From: an uncultured Nitrospiraceae bacterium
GTDB taxonomy: Bacteria > Nitrospirota > Thermodesulfovibrionia > Thermodesulfovibrionales > UBA9159
NCBI GenBank assembly: GCA_964475485.1
Contig: CAYYWY010000002.1
Span: 18,903 to 82,902, forward strand
Direction of reading: 5' to 3'
Length of the DNA: 64,000 nt
The notes under the pieces: model-generated
Told to the model about the DNA's origin: nothing
The model's input: only the letters and a program-made list of their open reading frames with translations
Databases searched by the model: none
Shown: piece by piece, positions 1-8,760 of the stretch
Position numbering within the stretch: the stretch's first letter is position 1
Layout: each line of letters starts with the position of its first letter
Made by a program: the position numbers and the translations under genes

Positions 1-834
1 GGAATCTATATTATCCTTGCCCTCGGCCTCAACGTTGTGGTGGGTTTCACAGGCCTTCTCAACCTTGGTTTTACGGCGTTCTATGCGGTGGGGGCTTATG
101 CATACGCGCTTCTCAACGTGAAGCTCGGGCTCGGTTTCTGGCAGTGCCTGCCTCTGTGCCTTGCTGTTACGACAGCATCAGGTCTAGTCCTTGCGATTCC
201 TGCCCTGAGGTTGAGGGGAGATTATCTCGCCATCGTGACGCTCGGATTCGGCGAGATCGTCCGTCTCATTCTGAACAACTGGGATTCACTTACGGGAGGT
301 CCCAACGGCATTTCCGGTATCGCGTCTCCTGTCCTCTTCGGCATTTCCCTTGGCGGACTTGGAACCTATTACTATCTGGTTCTGGCGGCGGTCCTCTTCA
401 CATACATCACGGTTCGCCGCGTCCGCAGATCGAGGATCGGAAGGGCCTGGATAGCTATTCGGGAGGACGAGATAGGCGCATCCTCAGCCGGGATCAACAC
501 CATGAGATACAAACTCTATTCCTTTGCCTTCGGATCATTCTGGGCGGGACTGGCAGGAGCCTTTTTTGCGGCAAAAATGCGCTTCGTCTCTCCTGAGAGT
601 TTCACCTTCATGGAGTCCGTCCTGATACTCTGCATGGTTATACTGGGAGGGCTCGGTTCCATACGAGGCGTGATCGCCGGAGCTGTAATACTCGTTGTGC
701 TTCCGGAGGTGCTGAGGGAGATGCAGTCTTACAGGATGATAGTCCTCGGTGCAGGACTGATCCTCATGATGATATTCAGACCACAGGGCCTCTTCGGGGC
801 ATTGGGCGAAAAAGGAGTTGACGGGTCACGATGA
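1..834 (+). CDS. livM: branched-chain amino acid ABC transporter permease (LivM type), 5' end off-window
   Basis: Frame 1 is open from base 1 (GIYIILALGLNVVVGFTGLLNLG...). Polytopic hydrophobic protein. 4-nt overlap with the LivG-like ATPase that follows. Confidence 0.85.
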   Translation, partial: GIYIILALGLNVVVGFTGLLNLGFTAFYAVGAYAYALLNVKLGLGFWQCLPLCLAVTTASGLVLAIPALRLRGDYLAIVTLGFGEIVRLILNNWDSLTGGPNGISGIASPVLFGISLGGLGTYYYLVLAAVLFTYITVRRVRRSRIGRAWIAIREDEIGASSAGINTMRYKLYSFAFGSFWAGLAGAFFAAKMRFVSPESFTFMESVLILCMVILGGLGSIRGVIAGAVILVVLPEVLREMQSYRMIVLGAGLILMMIFRPQGLFGALGEKGVDGSR

Positions 835-1598
835 GTCTCCTGGAGGTGAGGGAACTGACCAAACGATTTGGAGGGGTAAGGGCTCTTGAAGACGTGAGTT
901 TCAGGGTGAAGGAAGGTTCCATTGTGAGCATCATAGGTCCGAACGGAGCCGGCAAGACGACCCTGTTCAACTGTATCACAGGCCACACGAGGCCTACAAA
1001 AGGGGTTGTTCGTTTCTCCGGCAGGGACATCACTGGAATGCCGCCTCACGCAATCGTGAAGGCGGGGATAGCCCGGACTTTTCAGAACATACGGTTATTC
1101 AGGGAGATGAGCGTCCTCGAAAATGTCCTTGTTTTCAGACATCTGAGGATGCGTTCGGGTCTTCTCAGCATCCTTGCGCAGCGGAGACATTTTCTCAAAG
1201 AGGAGGATGAGGCAAGGTGCTGGGCGCTGGAGTATCTCGGATTGGTGGGCCTCGAAAACGTCGAGGACATACCCGCATATAATCTCCCCTACGGCGACCA
1301 GAGGAGACTCGAAATCGCAAGGGCAATCGCCGCCGAGCCAACGGTCATTCTCCTTGACGAACCTACTGCGGGGATGAATCCGCAGGAGACGGGGGAGATA
1401 ATGGAGATGATCAGGAGACTTCAGAAGCTGGGTAAAACGGTGATACTGATAGAGCACGACATGAGGGTCGTCATGGGGATTTCAGAGACGATCGTCGTTC
1501 TTGACCACGGGGTGAAGATAGCCGAAGGACCACCGGAAGCCATCAGGAACGACCCTATGGTTATAGAGGCATATCTCGGCAGGGGTATCCATGCTTAG
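831..1598 (+). CDS. livG: branched-chain amino acid ABC transporter ATP-binding protein
   Basis: Walker A GPNGAGKTT, signature and Walker B (ILLDEPTAGMNP). LivG-type C-terminal region (DPMVIEAYLG). Confidence 0.9.
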   Translation: MSLLEVRELTKRFGGVRALEDVSFRVKEGSIVSIIGPNGAGKTTLFNCITGHTRPTKGVVRFSGRDITGMPPHAIVKAGIARTFQNIRLFREMSVLENVLVFRHLRMRSGLLSILAQRRHFLKEEDEARCWALEYLGLVGLENVEDIPAYNLPYGDQRRLEIARAIAAEPTVILLDEPTAGMNPQETGEIMEMIRRLQKLGKTVILIEHDMRVVMGISETIVVLDHGVKIAEGPPEAIRNDPMVIEAYLGRGIHA

Positions 1599-2325
1599 GC
1601 TTGAAGACGTCCGAACATTCTATGGCCCGATAGAGACGCTGAAGGGGATAAGCATGGAGGTGAAGAAGGGGGAGGTTGTCTGCCTCATCGGGAGCAACGG
1701 CGCGGGGAAGTCGACAACGCTTATGACCATTTCAGGAGTGCTCAGGCCGAGTACAGGGAATATATCCTTCGAGGGCAAGCCGATCCACGGACTTCCACCT
1801 CATACTATAGCCGGTATGGGGATAAGCCAGGTTCCCGAAGGGAGAAGGATATTCCCCAGGCTCACCGTCAGGGAAAACCTCGATATGGGAGCCTACCCGC
1901 TCTCCGGCAGGCCGTTGTCTGGGGGACCGAAAGCCCGGGACAGCCAACTGAAATCCTTATTGGAAAGGGTTTACAACCTCTTCCCTGTCCTCAAAGAGAG
2001 GGAGAGACAGCAGGGGGCCACCCTGAGCGGTGGAGAACAGCAGATGCTTGCGATCGCCAGGGCCCTCATGTCCGATCCCAAGGTTCTCCTTCTGGATGAA
2101 CCTTCGCTTGGGCTTGCACCCATTATCGTGAGCAAGATATTCAGGACCATAAAGGAAATAAACAATGAAGGGGTGACCGTCCTCTTGGTGGAACAGAACG
2201 CCCGTGCAGCCCTGAGCCTGTCCGACAGGGGATACGTACTGGAAAGCGGCAGGATAGTCCTCCACGGTTCCGGAGAGGAACTGCTTAGGAACGAGCGGGT
2301 CAAGAAGGCGTATTTGGGGGAATAG
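1591..2325 (+). CDS. livF: branched-chain amino acid ABC transporter ATP-binding protein
   Basis: GSNGAGKST, LSGGEQQMLAIARAL, LLLDEPSLGLAP, C-terminal KKAYLGE. Overlaps livG by 8 nt. Confidence 0.9.
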   Translation: MLRLEDVRTFYGPIETLKGISMEVKKGEVVCLIGSNGAGKSTTLMTISGVLRPSTGNISFEGKPIHGLPPHTIAGMGISQVPEGRRIFPRLTVRENLDMGAYPLSGRPLSGGPKARDSQLKSLLERVYNLFPVLKERERQQGATLSGGEQQMLAIARALMSDPKVLLLDEPSLGLAPIIVSKIFRTIKEINNEGVTVLLVEQNARAALSLSDRGYVLESGRIVLHGSGEELLRNERVKKAYLGE

Positions 2326-2370
2326 GGTTCTTGACAAATCCTTTGCCTTGTATTCTTTCGAAACTCTTTT

Positions 2371-2379
2371 TGTTATAAT
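2371..2379 (+). promoter_or_regulatory. extended -10 element (TGtTATAAT) ending 6 nt before the acyP ATG; possible leaderless transcript
   Basis: tgttataat at 2371-2379, ATG at 2386, no Shine-Dalgarno between them. Confidence 0.35.
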
Positions 2380-2385
2380 CATTGC

Positions 2386-2667
2386 ATGCAGCAGGCGAGG
2401 GCGCATCTTATTATAAAGGGGATGGTGCAGGGTGTCTTTTTCCGGGCATTCACGCGGGACGTCGCTGCGCAGCTCGGTATCAGGGGCTGGGTGAAGAACC
2501 TGCCCGACGGAAATGTGGAGGCCCTCTTCGAGGGCGAAAGAAAGGACGTCGAGCAGGCGATTAAGCGTTGTTATTCCGGTCCTCCCGGCGCGCGGGTTGC
2601 TGCCATAGACATCGACTGGGAAGAGTACAGAGGAGACCTGCAGGGCTTTCAGATACGGTATTACTGA
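2386..2667 (+). CDS. acyP: acylphosphatase
   Basis: 93 aa with VQGVFFR...GWVKNLPDGNVE, the classic acylphosphatase fold signature. Confidence 0.9.
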   Translation: MQQARAHLIIKGMVQGVFFRAFTRDVAAQLGIRGWVKNLPDGNVEALFEGERKDVEQAIKRCYSGPPGARVAAIDIDWEEYRGDLQGFQIRYY

Positions 2668-3503
2668 TGAGCTTTTGGGCCAAAGCGCGCAAGCTCCATA
2701 GATCGAAATTTAAGAAGTTCGGAAAATCTAAGAAGCTGAGGTTTTTCGCTCCCGCATTTTTGCACTTCTGTGTCTCTGTTTTGCTGTCTTTGCTTATGGT
2801 TTCGCCCCTTCTCGCTCTTACTGACAGCGAGATTGCGTCCTTTCAGAAGGAGATCGCAGACAGGCCTCTAGGTGAGAGGATCGCACTATGGGCTGAGCGG
2901 TATGTGGGCACGCCTTATGACCCGGATCCTCTCGGGGAGTATGTGAGAAGAAAGGCGATCGTTGCCGACGACCGTGTGGACTGCATGTATCTCATTTTCA
3001 GGACAGCGGAGCTTGCGATGGGGCGCACACAGGATGAGGCGATTAATATAGCCCTTGAAAAAAGGTTTATAGGCAGGGGCAGATTAAGAGACGGCGTCGT
3101 CGAGAATTATGAAGAGAGGTTTCAGTACGGAGAGGATATGCTCGAGAGCGGCAAATGGGGCGTTGAAATCACAGGGGACTTAGGGGCCTTATCGTATATC
3201 GAAGGATCGAGGGGAAGGGAAAGGGTTGCGATGGTTGCGAAAGAGCAACTGCTCGGGGATTTACGGAGACTTCCCTTGAGAAGCGGGGACTTCATCTTCT
3301 TCGTCAAGCACCCGGAAAATAGGATAAGCGGCGAGATAGTCGGTCACATAGGGATTATAAAGACGGAGGGCGGTACGCCATACCTCATCCATGCCGGCGG
3401 AAGGAAGAACCGCGGGGGGAAAGTAAGAAAGGTGGAGCTTCACGAGTACATAACTTCCATGCCCTTTGCGGGGGTAAGGGTCAGCAGGTTTCTTACCCCT
3501 TGA
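2667..3503 (+). CDS. exported or membrane-anchored protein, DUF1460/NlpC-P60-like amidase fold (tentative)
   Basis: ATG 2667 overlaps the acyP stop (ctgATGa). N-terminal basic region plus a hydrophobic helix. Contains YVGTPYDPDPLGE, DCMYLIFRTAELA and GDFIFF...GHIGII. The listed 2568 start lies inside acyP and is unlikely. Confidence 0.5.
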   Translation: MSFWAKARKLHRSKFKKFGKSKKLRFFAPAFLHFCVSVLLSLLMVSPLLALTDSEIASFQKEIADRPLGERIALWAERYVGTPYDPDPLGEYVRRKAIVADDRVDCMYLIFRTAELAMGRTQDEAINIALEKRFIGRGRLRDGVVENYEERFQYGEDMLESGKWGVEITGDLGALSYIEGSRGRERVAMVAKEQLLGDLRRLPLRSGDFIFFVKHPENRISGEIVGHIGIIKTEGGTPYLIHAGGRKNRGGKVRKVELHEYITSMPFAGVRVSRFLTP

Positions 3504-3702
3504 TTTTTTGCATGATCTCAAGGAACTGGGTCTTGAATTCAGGGTGAGCCCTCCCCATAAAGAGCTTGAGTCCCTTCAGTTCAAGCCCGATGTCTTCCAG
3601 GTCTTTCATGGCTGTGTGAATCTCCTCGAGACTCTCAGTGATAGTGGCCAGTTCCTTTTCGATGAGAGCGATCTTTTCCTTAAAATGTCTTTCCTCTTTC
3701 AT
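3493..3702 (-). CDS. small coiled-coil hypothetical protein (69 aa)
   Basis: Charged helical ORF 36 nt downstream of the bS22-like gene on the same strand. No recognisable family. Confidence 0.4.
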   Translation of the reverse strand: MKEERHFKEKIALIEKELATITESLEEIHTAMKDLEDIGLELKGLKLFMGRAHPEFKTQFLEIMQKIKG

Positions 3703-3738
3703 GAAATGCCCCCTTAAGGGTCACTGACTCTGACTTTA

Positions 3739-3834
3739 TTATTTGTTTCTTCTCTGGTGCTTTGTCTTCCTGAGCAGTTTCTTGTGTTTGTGCTTGCTCA
3801 TCTTCTTCTTGCGCCATTTTACCACGCTGCCCAC
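3739..3834 (-). CDS. 31-aa highly basic protein, bS22 / AURKAIP1-COX24-like small ribosomal protein
   Basis: Own translation of the minus strand: GTG start 3834-3832 preceded by GGAGGTGAGTGT, giving MGSVVKWRKKKMSKHKHKKLLRKTKHQRRNK, stop TAA 3741-3739. Matches the MGSV.K.R.K.M.K.KH.KLL..T..QRR pattern of bS22. Below the 60-aa cut-off of the ORF track. Confidence 0.75.
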   Translation of the reverse strand: MGSVVKWRKKKMSKHKHKKLLRKTKHQRRNK

Positions 3835-3915
3835 ACACTCACCTCCTTTTTTATAGTTCTCAGCCTTCGGCAATCACCTTTCGGCACAGACGGATCGGTA
3901 GCTGACCGCTGAAAG

Positions 3916-6900
3916 CTAACAGCTTCTTGAGCGGCTATGTTCCATAGCCTGGTTCATGAACGCCTCGAGCTGTATCTCCGTAGTCGGCGACTCGGTTCCG
4001 TCGTACGACACGCTTATGCAGGGTACCCCGTAATCCCTGCTCAGTCCGTGCATAAGGGACGTCACTATCGTTCCGGGCATGCACCCGAAGGGCATCGCGT
4101 TGATAATGCCCGACGCGCCCTTCTCTATAAGGTCGATGCTTTTCCCTATGCTCAGGATCGCCTCCCCCTCGAAGGAATCGTGCAGGTACGGGGAAGCCTT
4201 CCTCAGTATCTCTCTTGTATCCGGCTCCTCCAGGGTCCTGAGGAACCCCCTGAAATGCCTTCCGAGACGGTGTTCCGTCTTCTTCTGAAAAAACTTCTTC
4301 AGGAGAATTTGAATGATAACAGACCTGTCTTTTTTAATCAAGGCCTTTCTCAGGGCCATCAGGTTCACGTAGTATATCCATTCCTCCATCGGCGCGAGCC
4401 AGACCTGCCCTCCAAGGGCCTCCACTTTTCTTACTAGGTCCTCATTTGAGAACTTGTGGCTCCTGACAAATATCTCTCCCACAATGCCGATGAGCGGTCT
4501 GTCTTCCTTATGTCTCGGTAGATCCTCGAAGTCCCTGCGCATTTTTCCGAGGAGAACATCGAGACTGCCGTCCGCGCCCCTGAGCGACGCATACATCTTC
4601 TCCCGGTAGTCCCTGTAAAGGGCATCTGTCGAACCTTTCTCTTTCTCGTATGGTCTTGTTTCGTGGAGACATTTGGTGAGGAGTTCGTAGGCAACGATTC
4701 CTTCCCATGCGAAGGAGGAGAAGTCTTTTCCCACGATACCCAGTTCCCGGTAGAAGTTGGAATCCTGGTTGGGCGAGAATATCGGGACATTCCGAAGGCC
4801 GAGTCCTTCAAGGATCATCCTGTGAAAGACGTTGTATTGACCGAACCTGCAGGGCCCCGATCCTGAAGGCATGAAGAACGCGGATTCATCCGGCCTGAAA
4901 TCGGGAGAAAGCACCTTCTTCAGCATATCCCCTGTCGTGACGGTGCAGGGGAAGCATTCTTTCCCCGAGACATAGCGCCTCCCTATGTCAACGGCCTCCT
5001 TATCCGATTCCGGCAACACCTCCGAAGGAATGCCGCATCTCTCGAACGCGGCGGCAAGGGCAAAGGCAGAGTCTGTCATACGGGGGATGAAGACGGTACG
5101 TTCTGAATGGCGAGCGGATATTAAGGAATGCGGGGAGAATCTCTTTTCAGCCGTAACACGTAACGCGTCTTCCCGTCCATGCCTGTCCGGCAGGCAGGCG
5201 GTAGGCAGGTAACGAGTTATGGTATTTTCGATGCTGTCGAGGAATGCCTCGCAACGCGTGATCGCCCCAGCGTCGGCGCTGTGTTCGTCTATCTCGATCT
5301 GCAGGTAGGGCTTTTCTTCCATCTCTTCCCTCAGGAACTTGAGGATGAATGAGTCAGGACCGCAGGAGAAATTGCTGATATACAAGGCATACAGGTTAGG
5401 GTTTTCCCTTATGAAACGCGCTGCCTTCAGTATCCTCTGGCCGGACCTCCAGTACATATTGGGCCATCTGTCTTTTATCTTCATAGCCGTCAAGGGGATA
5501 AAGTCCATAGGTATTGCAGGCACGCCAAGGTCGGAGAGCTTCCCGGGGATATTGAGATTCATGCCGCTGTCAAAGGCATTATACGGCCTTCCAATAATAA
5601 TGACGGTCCTCTCCTTCAGGGAGGAGAGGACCTCGGCCCCCTTCGACTTTATGGCGGCGGAGAACTCCTCCTGGGCCTTGCCGGCCTTCTTTAAGGCCTT
5701 TAATACGTCCCTCTTCTTCACCCCCAAAGGCTTGAGAGACCGCGCTATCTCGGCGATAAGGACATCGTCCCCGCTCCTGAGGTTCACCACAGGCGCAAGG
5801 ATCCTTGCTTCCGGATGGGCTACTTTCGCTGCATAGGGTATTGTCTGCGTGAGCGGACACGCAAATCCTTTTTCGAACTCATCATCGAGGGTGTTCATAT
5901 TGATGAAGCTCGGAATAAGAAGGGTCTTAACCCCTTTATTAACGAGGTGCTTTATGTGACCGTGAGCCACCTTGACAGGGAAGCAGGTATCGGCAAGAAC
6001 GCTTTCTGAACCGATGTTGACGATTTCCTTGTTGGTCTTCGGGGAAACCTCCACGGCGAAACCCAGCTCCCAGAGAAGAGTAGTCCAGAAGGGAAGATAG
6101 TCATGAAGAAAGAAGATGTACGGGATGCCGATCTTGAGCGGCGAGTGACGGGTGGCGAGCGACGAGGCCCTGTTTCTATGCTTTGAATCGTCATTTGTTA
6201 CTTGCAACCTGTTGCTGTATTCGTTGTGCGCCTTCCAGAGCATCTCCTCTCTGAAGGCGAAGAGGTCCGGAACGGACGAAGGCCCTTTCTTCTTCACGTC
6301 ATACTTCTCGCACCTGCCCCCGTAAAAGAGGTATCCTTCCTCGCCCTCTATCTTCACCCTGTTTATTTCGCAGACATTGGGGCATCCCCTGCATTCGAAG
6401 GACGAGACTTCGTAACGCCTCTCCGACAGTTCAAATCCCTTGAATTTGGTCGTTAGTCGATAGTGGGCAGCCGTCAGCGGAGCATCAGTCGCACACCTGC
6501 CTTCTATTTGACTATCGATTATTGGCTGTTGACTGTCGACCGACGACCGGTTTCTCATATACCTCATCGCTATCAGAGCCATCCCTATCGCTCCCGTCAC
6601 GTCATGGTGCGGAGGCACCGTTATTGTTCTGTTAAGGTACTTCTCGAAGGCGGCAACGACGGACTTATTAAAGGCTACCCCTCCCTGGAAGAAGATGTTT
6701 TCACCTATCGGCTTTCCAGCCACCACCTTGTTGATGTAGTTCTGGACAATGGAGTATGCCAGGCCGGCAAGGAGGTCGTCCCTGCCGGCTCCTTTCTGGA
6801 GGTTTGCCATGAGTGAATTCTCCATAAAGACCGTGCAACGCTCCCCAAGCCTGCAGGGGTTTTCAGAGGAAAAGGCGCAGGACGCAAACTCGTTTTTTAC

Positions 6901-8376
6901 CGAGATGCTGAGTTTCTCCGCCTGCTCTTCGAGAAAGCTTCCTGTGCCTGCAGCGCAGGCCTTGTTCATCTCGAAATCCACGACTACGCCGTCCCTTAAG
7001 GAAATATACTTAGAGTCCTGCCCCCCGATCTCGAAAATCGTATCGACGTTTCTGTCGATGAATGCGGCGGCAGTCGCCTGGGCTGTAATCTCGTTCTTTA
7101 CGATGTCTGCACCCACGTAGTCGGCGATCATGTAACGGCCTGATCCTGTCGTTCCCACGCCCATTATCTTTACCGTGTCTCCAAGCTCGGTCCCTATCTC
7201 CCTGAGTCCCTGGTTCACTGCCTCGATCGGCCTCCCCGCAGTCATCAGGTACCTCTTCGCGAGGAGACGGCCATCTTCGTCGATCACAGCAAGGTTTGTG
7301 CTTATGGACCCGATATCGATGCCCAGAAAAGCCTTAGTTTTGAGTTCTGAGTTTTGAGTCCTGAGTTCTTCATCTTCCAGCTTTGAACTTTGAACCTTAA
7401 ACCTTGAACTGTCTTCAAGGTGCCGCTCAAAGAAGTCATCGCCTTTTGAGACTAGGGGTTTATGACCATAGTCCGAGTACTGCATAGAATCGATAAGGGC
7501 ACTGAGTCTTTCGAGATCGAACCTCTGTATAAGGCCCTCGTCCATGCCTTTCATTGCAGCCCCCAACGCTCCCATGAGGGCGAAATCGCCGGGAACAAAG
7601 AGCTGCCCGAAGCCGAAGACTTCTCTGAACGCCCTCACCATCCCCTTGTTGGCGGCAACGCCGCCGTGGAAGGAGACCGGCTCCTCGATGACCCTCCCTC
7701 TCACGATAGAGCCCTTGAAGTTCCGGGCCACGGCAAAACATAGCCCCGCAACGATATCTTCCACAGGGGTCGCAATCTGTTGAAGGTGTATCATGTCGGA
7801 TTTTGCAAAGACGCTGCATCTGCCGGCGATCCGCGAAGGTTTGGATTTCAACGCAAGGTCGCTGAACTCTTCTATTGAAAGCCTGAGCCTTTCAGCCTGC
7901 TGGTCAAGAAACGATCCGGTACCTGCCGCGCATACGGAGTTCATCGAAAAGTCCCTGATACCGTTTCTGCCGAGGACGATGAGTTTCGAATCCTCGCCTC
8001 CCAGCTCAATGATCGTCTTTATGTGGGGGAAGAGCTTTCTCGTGGCATATGTCTGCGCAACCAGTTCATTCACGAACCCTATGCCGAGGGAAGCCGCGAT
8101 CAGCCTTCCGGAGGAACCTGTGACGGAGAGGGAGTGATCCTCGTTCAGTGAAGGGTGATGAGCGACGAGTGACGAGTTCCGGTCGGTCGGCCTGTCTCCA
8201 AGCTCATCATTTGTTACTTGTAACTTGTTACTCGTTACTGCCTCAAGGAGTTCAAGGGCCACCCTTAAGGGATGTCCCTTGTGACGCCTGTAATAGCCCT
8301 CGAGCTTGCGGCCGGCTTCGTCGAGGACGACAACCTTTACACTCACAGATCCTGCGTCAAGGCCGATGAATCTCAT
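3916..8376 (-). CDS. acyl-CoA dehydratase activase-related fusion protein: two BcrAD/BadFG-type ATPase domains plus activase-associated and 2-hydroxyacyl-CoA dehydratase D-component-like domains
   Basis: 1486 aa. Two copies of the GIDxGS...GGxDSK...CAAGTGSFL acetate/sugar-kinase-type ATPase motif set (res 1-320 and 350-620). The C-terminal half is typical of CoA-substrate-specific enzyme activase fusions. Confidence 0.8.
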   Translation of the reverse strand: MRFIGLDAGSVSVKVVVLDEAGRKLEGYYRRHKGHPLRVALELLEAVTSNKLQVTNDELGDRPTDRNSSLVAHHPSLNEDHSLSVTGSSGRLIAASLGIGFVNELVAQTYATRKLFPHIKTIIELGGEDSKLIVLGRNGIRDFSMNSVCAAGTGSFLDQQAERLRLSIEEFSDLALKSKPSRIAGRCSVFAKSDMIHLQQIATPVEDIVAGLCFAVARNFKGSIVRGRVIEEPVSFHGGVAANKGMVRAFREVFGFGQLFVPGDFALMGALGAAMKGMDEGLIQRFDLERLSALIDSMQYSDYGHKPLVSKGDDFFERHLEDSSRFKVQSSKLEDEELRTQNSELKTKAFLGIDIGSISTNLAVIDEDGRLLAKRYLMTAGRPIEAVNQGLREIGTELGDTVKIMGVGTTGSGRYMIADYVGADIVKNEITAQATAAAFIDRNVDTIFEIGGQDSKYISLRDGVVVDFEMNKACAAGTGSFLEEQAEKLSISVKNEFASCAFSSENPCRLGERCTVFMENSLMANLQKGAGRDDLLAGLAYSIVQNYINKVVAGKPIGENIFFQGGVAFNKSVVAAFEKYLNRTITVPPHHDVTGAIGMALIAMRYMRNRSSVDSQQPIIDSQIEGRCATDAPLTAAHYRLTTKFKGFELSERRYEVSSFECRGCPNVCEINRVKIEGEEGYLFYGGRCEKYDVKKKGPSSVPDLFAFREEMLWKAHNEYSNRLQVTNDDSKHRNRASSLATRHSPLKIGIPYIFFLHDYLPFWTTLLWELGFAVEVSPKTNKEIVNIGSESVLADTCFPVKVAHGHIKHLVNKGVKTLLIPSFINMNTLDDEFEKGFACPLTQTIPYAAKVAHPEARILAPVVNLRSGDDVLIAEIARSLKPLGVKKRDVLKALKKAGKAQEEFSAAIKSKGAEVLSSLKERTVIIIGRPYNAFDSGMNLNIPGKLSDLGVPAIPMDFIPLTAMKIKDRWPNMYWRSGQRILKAARFIRENPNLYALYISNFSCGPDSFILKFLREEMEEKPYLQIEIDEHSADAGAITRCEAFLDSIENTITRYLPTACLPDRHGREDALRVTAEKRFSPHSLISARHSERTVFIPRMTDSAFALAAAFERCGIPSEVLPESDKEAVDIGRRYVSGKECFPCTVTTGDMLKKVLSPDFRPDESAFFMPSGSGPCRFGQYNVFHRMILEGLGLRNVPIFSPNQDSNFYRELGIVGKDFSSFAWEGIVAYELLTKCLHETRPYEKEKGSTDALYRDYREKMYASLRGADGSLDVLLGKMRRDFEDLPRHKEDRPLIGIVGEIFVRSHKFSNEDLVRKVEALGGQVWLAPMEEWIYYVNLMALRKALIKKDRSVIIQILLKKFFQKKTEHRLGRHFRGFLRTLEEPDTREILRKASPYLHDSFEGEAILSIGKSIDLIEKGASGIINAMPFGCMPGTIVTSLMHGLSRDYGVPCISVSYDGTESPTTEIQLEAFMNQAMEHSRSRSC
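6136..6215. repeat. dispersed repeat family A, copy 2 (in-frame inside the activase gene)
   Basis: gcgagtgacggg...gcgagcgacgagg plus atttgttacttgc (6193-6205). Encodes NRLQVTNDDSKHRNRASSLATRHSPLK. Confidence 0.65.
7338..7410. repeat. microsatellite-like 7-8-mer tracts inside the inter-domain linker of the activase gene
   Basis: tgagttc/tgagttt/tgagtcc/tgagttc (7338-7368) and ttgaact/ttgaacc/ttaaacc/ttgaact (7381-7410). Encodes SRFKVQSSKLEDEELRTQNSELKTK. Confidence 0.65.
8157..8240. repeat. dispersed repeat family A, copy 1 (in-frame inside the activase gene)
   Basis: Cores gtgacgagttc (8169-8179) and atttgttacttgt (8209-8221). Translated on the minus strand as AVTSNKLQVTNDELGDRPTDRNSSLVAHH. 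Confidence 0.7.
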
Positions 8377-8543
8377 AACTTCTCCTCCGGACCGGATAAC
8401 TCCCCTGCATTTGCACTAATTTTATCATATCAGCGGAAAACAGTGAACCTGAAAGTGCAGGAAACATCGCCGGAATATTCCCTTTTCTTCCTTTTTTGTG
8501 CTACGCTGTATTGAACGACCCGAGGGTGAAAGGAGGAGCCAAA

Positions 8544-8747
8544 ATGGAATGTATTGCCGAGGAAAACAAAAGATACTGTACATGTACCTACGAGCCATGT
8601 GCACGGAAATACAAGTGCTGTCAATGTCTCCGCTATCACAGGAAACACGGGGAGCTTCCTGCATGTTTTTTCAGTAAGGAGTTTGAACGGACTTACGACC
8701 GCTCCGTAGAGAATTTCATAAGGATGCATGCTTTCAGGTCAGACTGA
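8544..8747 (+). CDS. small Cys-rich protein (resembles the DUF6485 family)
   Basis: SD aaaggagg 8 nt before ATG 8544. MECIAEENKRYCTCTYEPCARKYKCCQCLRYHRKHGELPACFF. Confidence 0.6.
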   Translation: MECIAEENKRYCTCTYEPCARKYKCCQCLRYHRKHGELPACFFSKEFERTYDRSVENFIRMHAFRSD

Positions 8748-8760
8748 AGGGTCTTCAGAA

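Noticed and set aside
2331-2336. TTGACA hexamer as the -35 element of the acyP promoter.
   Set aside because: It lies 37 nt upstream of the TATAAT, too far for a sigma-70 spacer. The extended -10 is the better candidate.
2568-2666. The listed 2568 start, and similar upstream extensions (23660, 24355, 44261, 47024, 55687, 8496).
   Set aside because: These extensions overlap the preceding gene or lack an SD. Internal starts restore canonical N-termini, for example MMRRPFIAANWKMN for TpiA, MITFLT for SecG and MTSREIR for AlaS.
7338-7410. CRISPR-like or tandem-repeat array.
   Set aside because: The units are 7-8 nt with no spacers and lie inside an open reading frame. This is simple sequence, not a CRISPR array. 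No CRISPR repeats were seen anywhere in the window.
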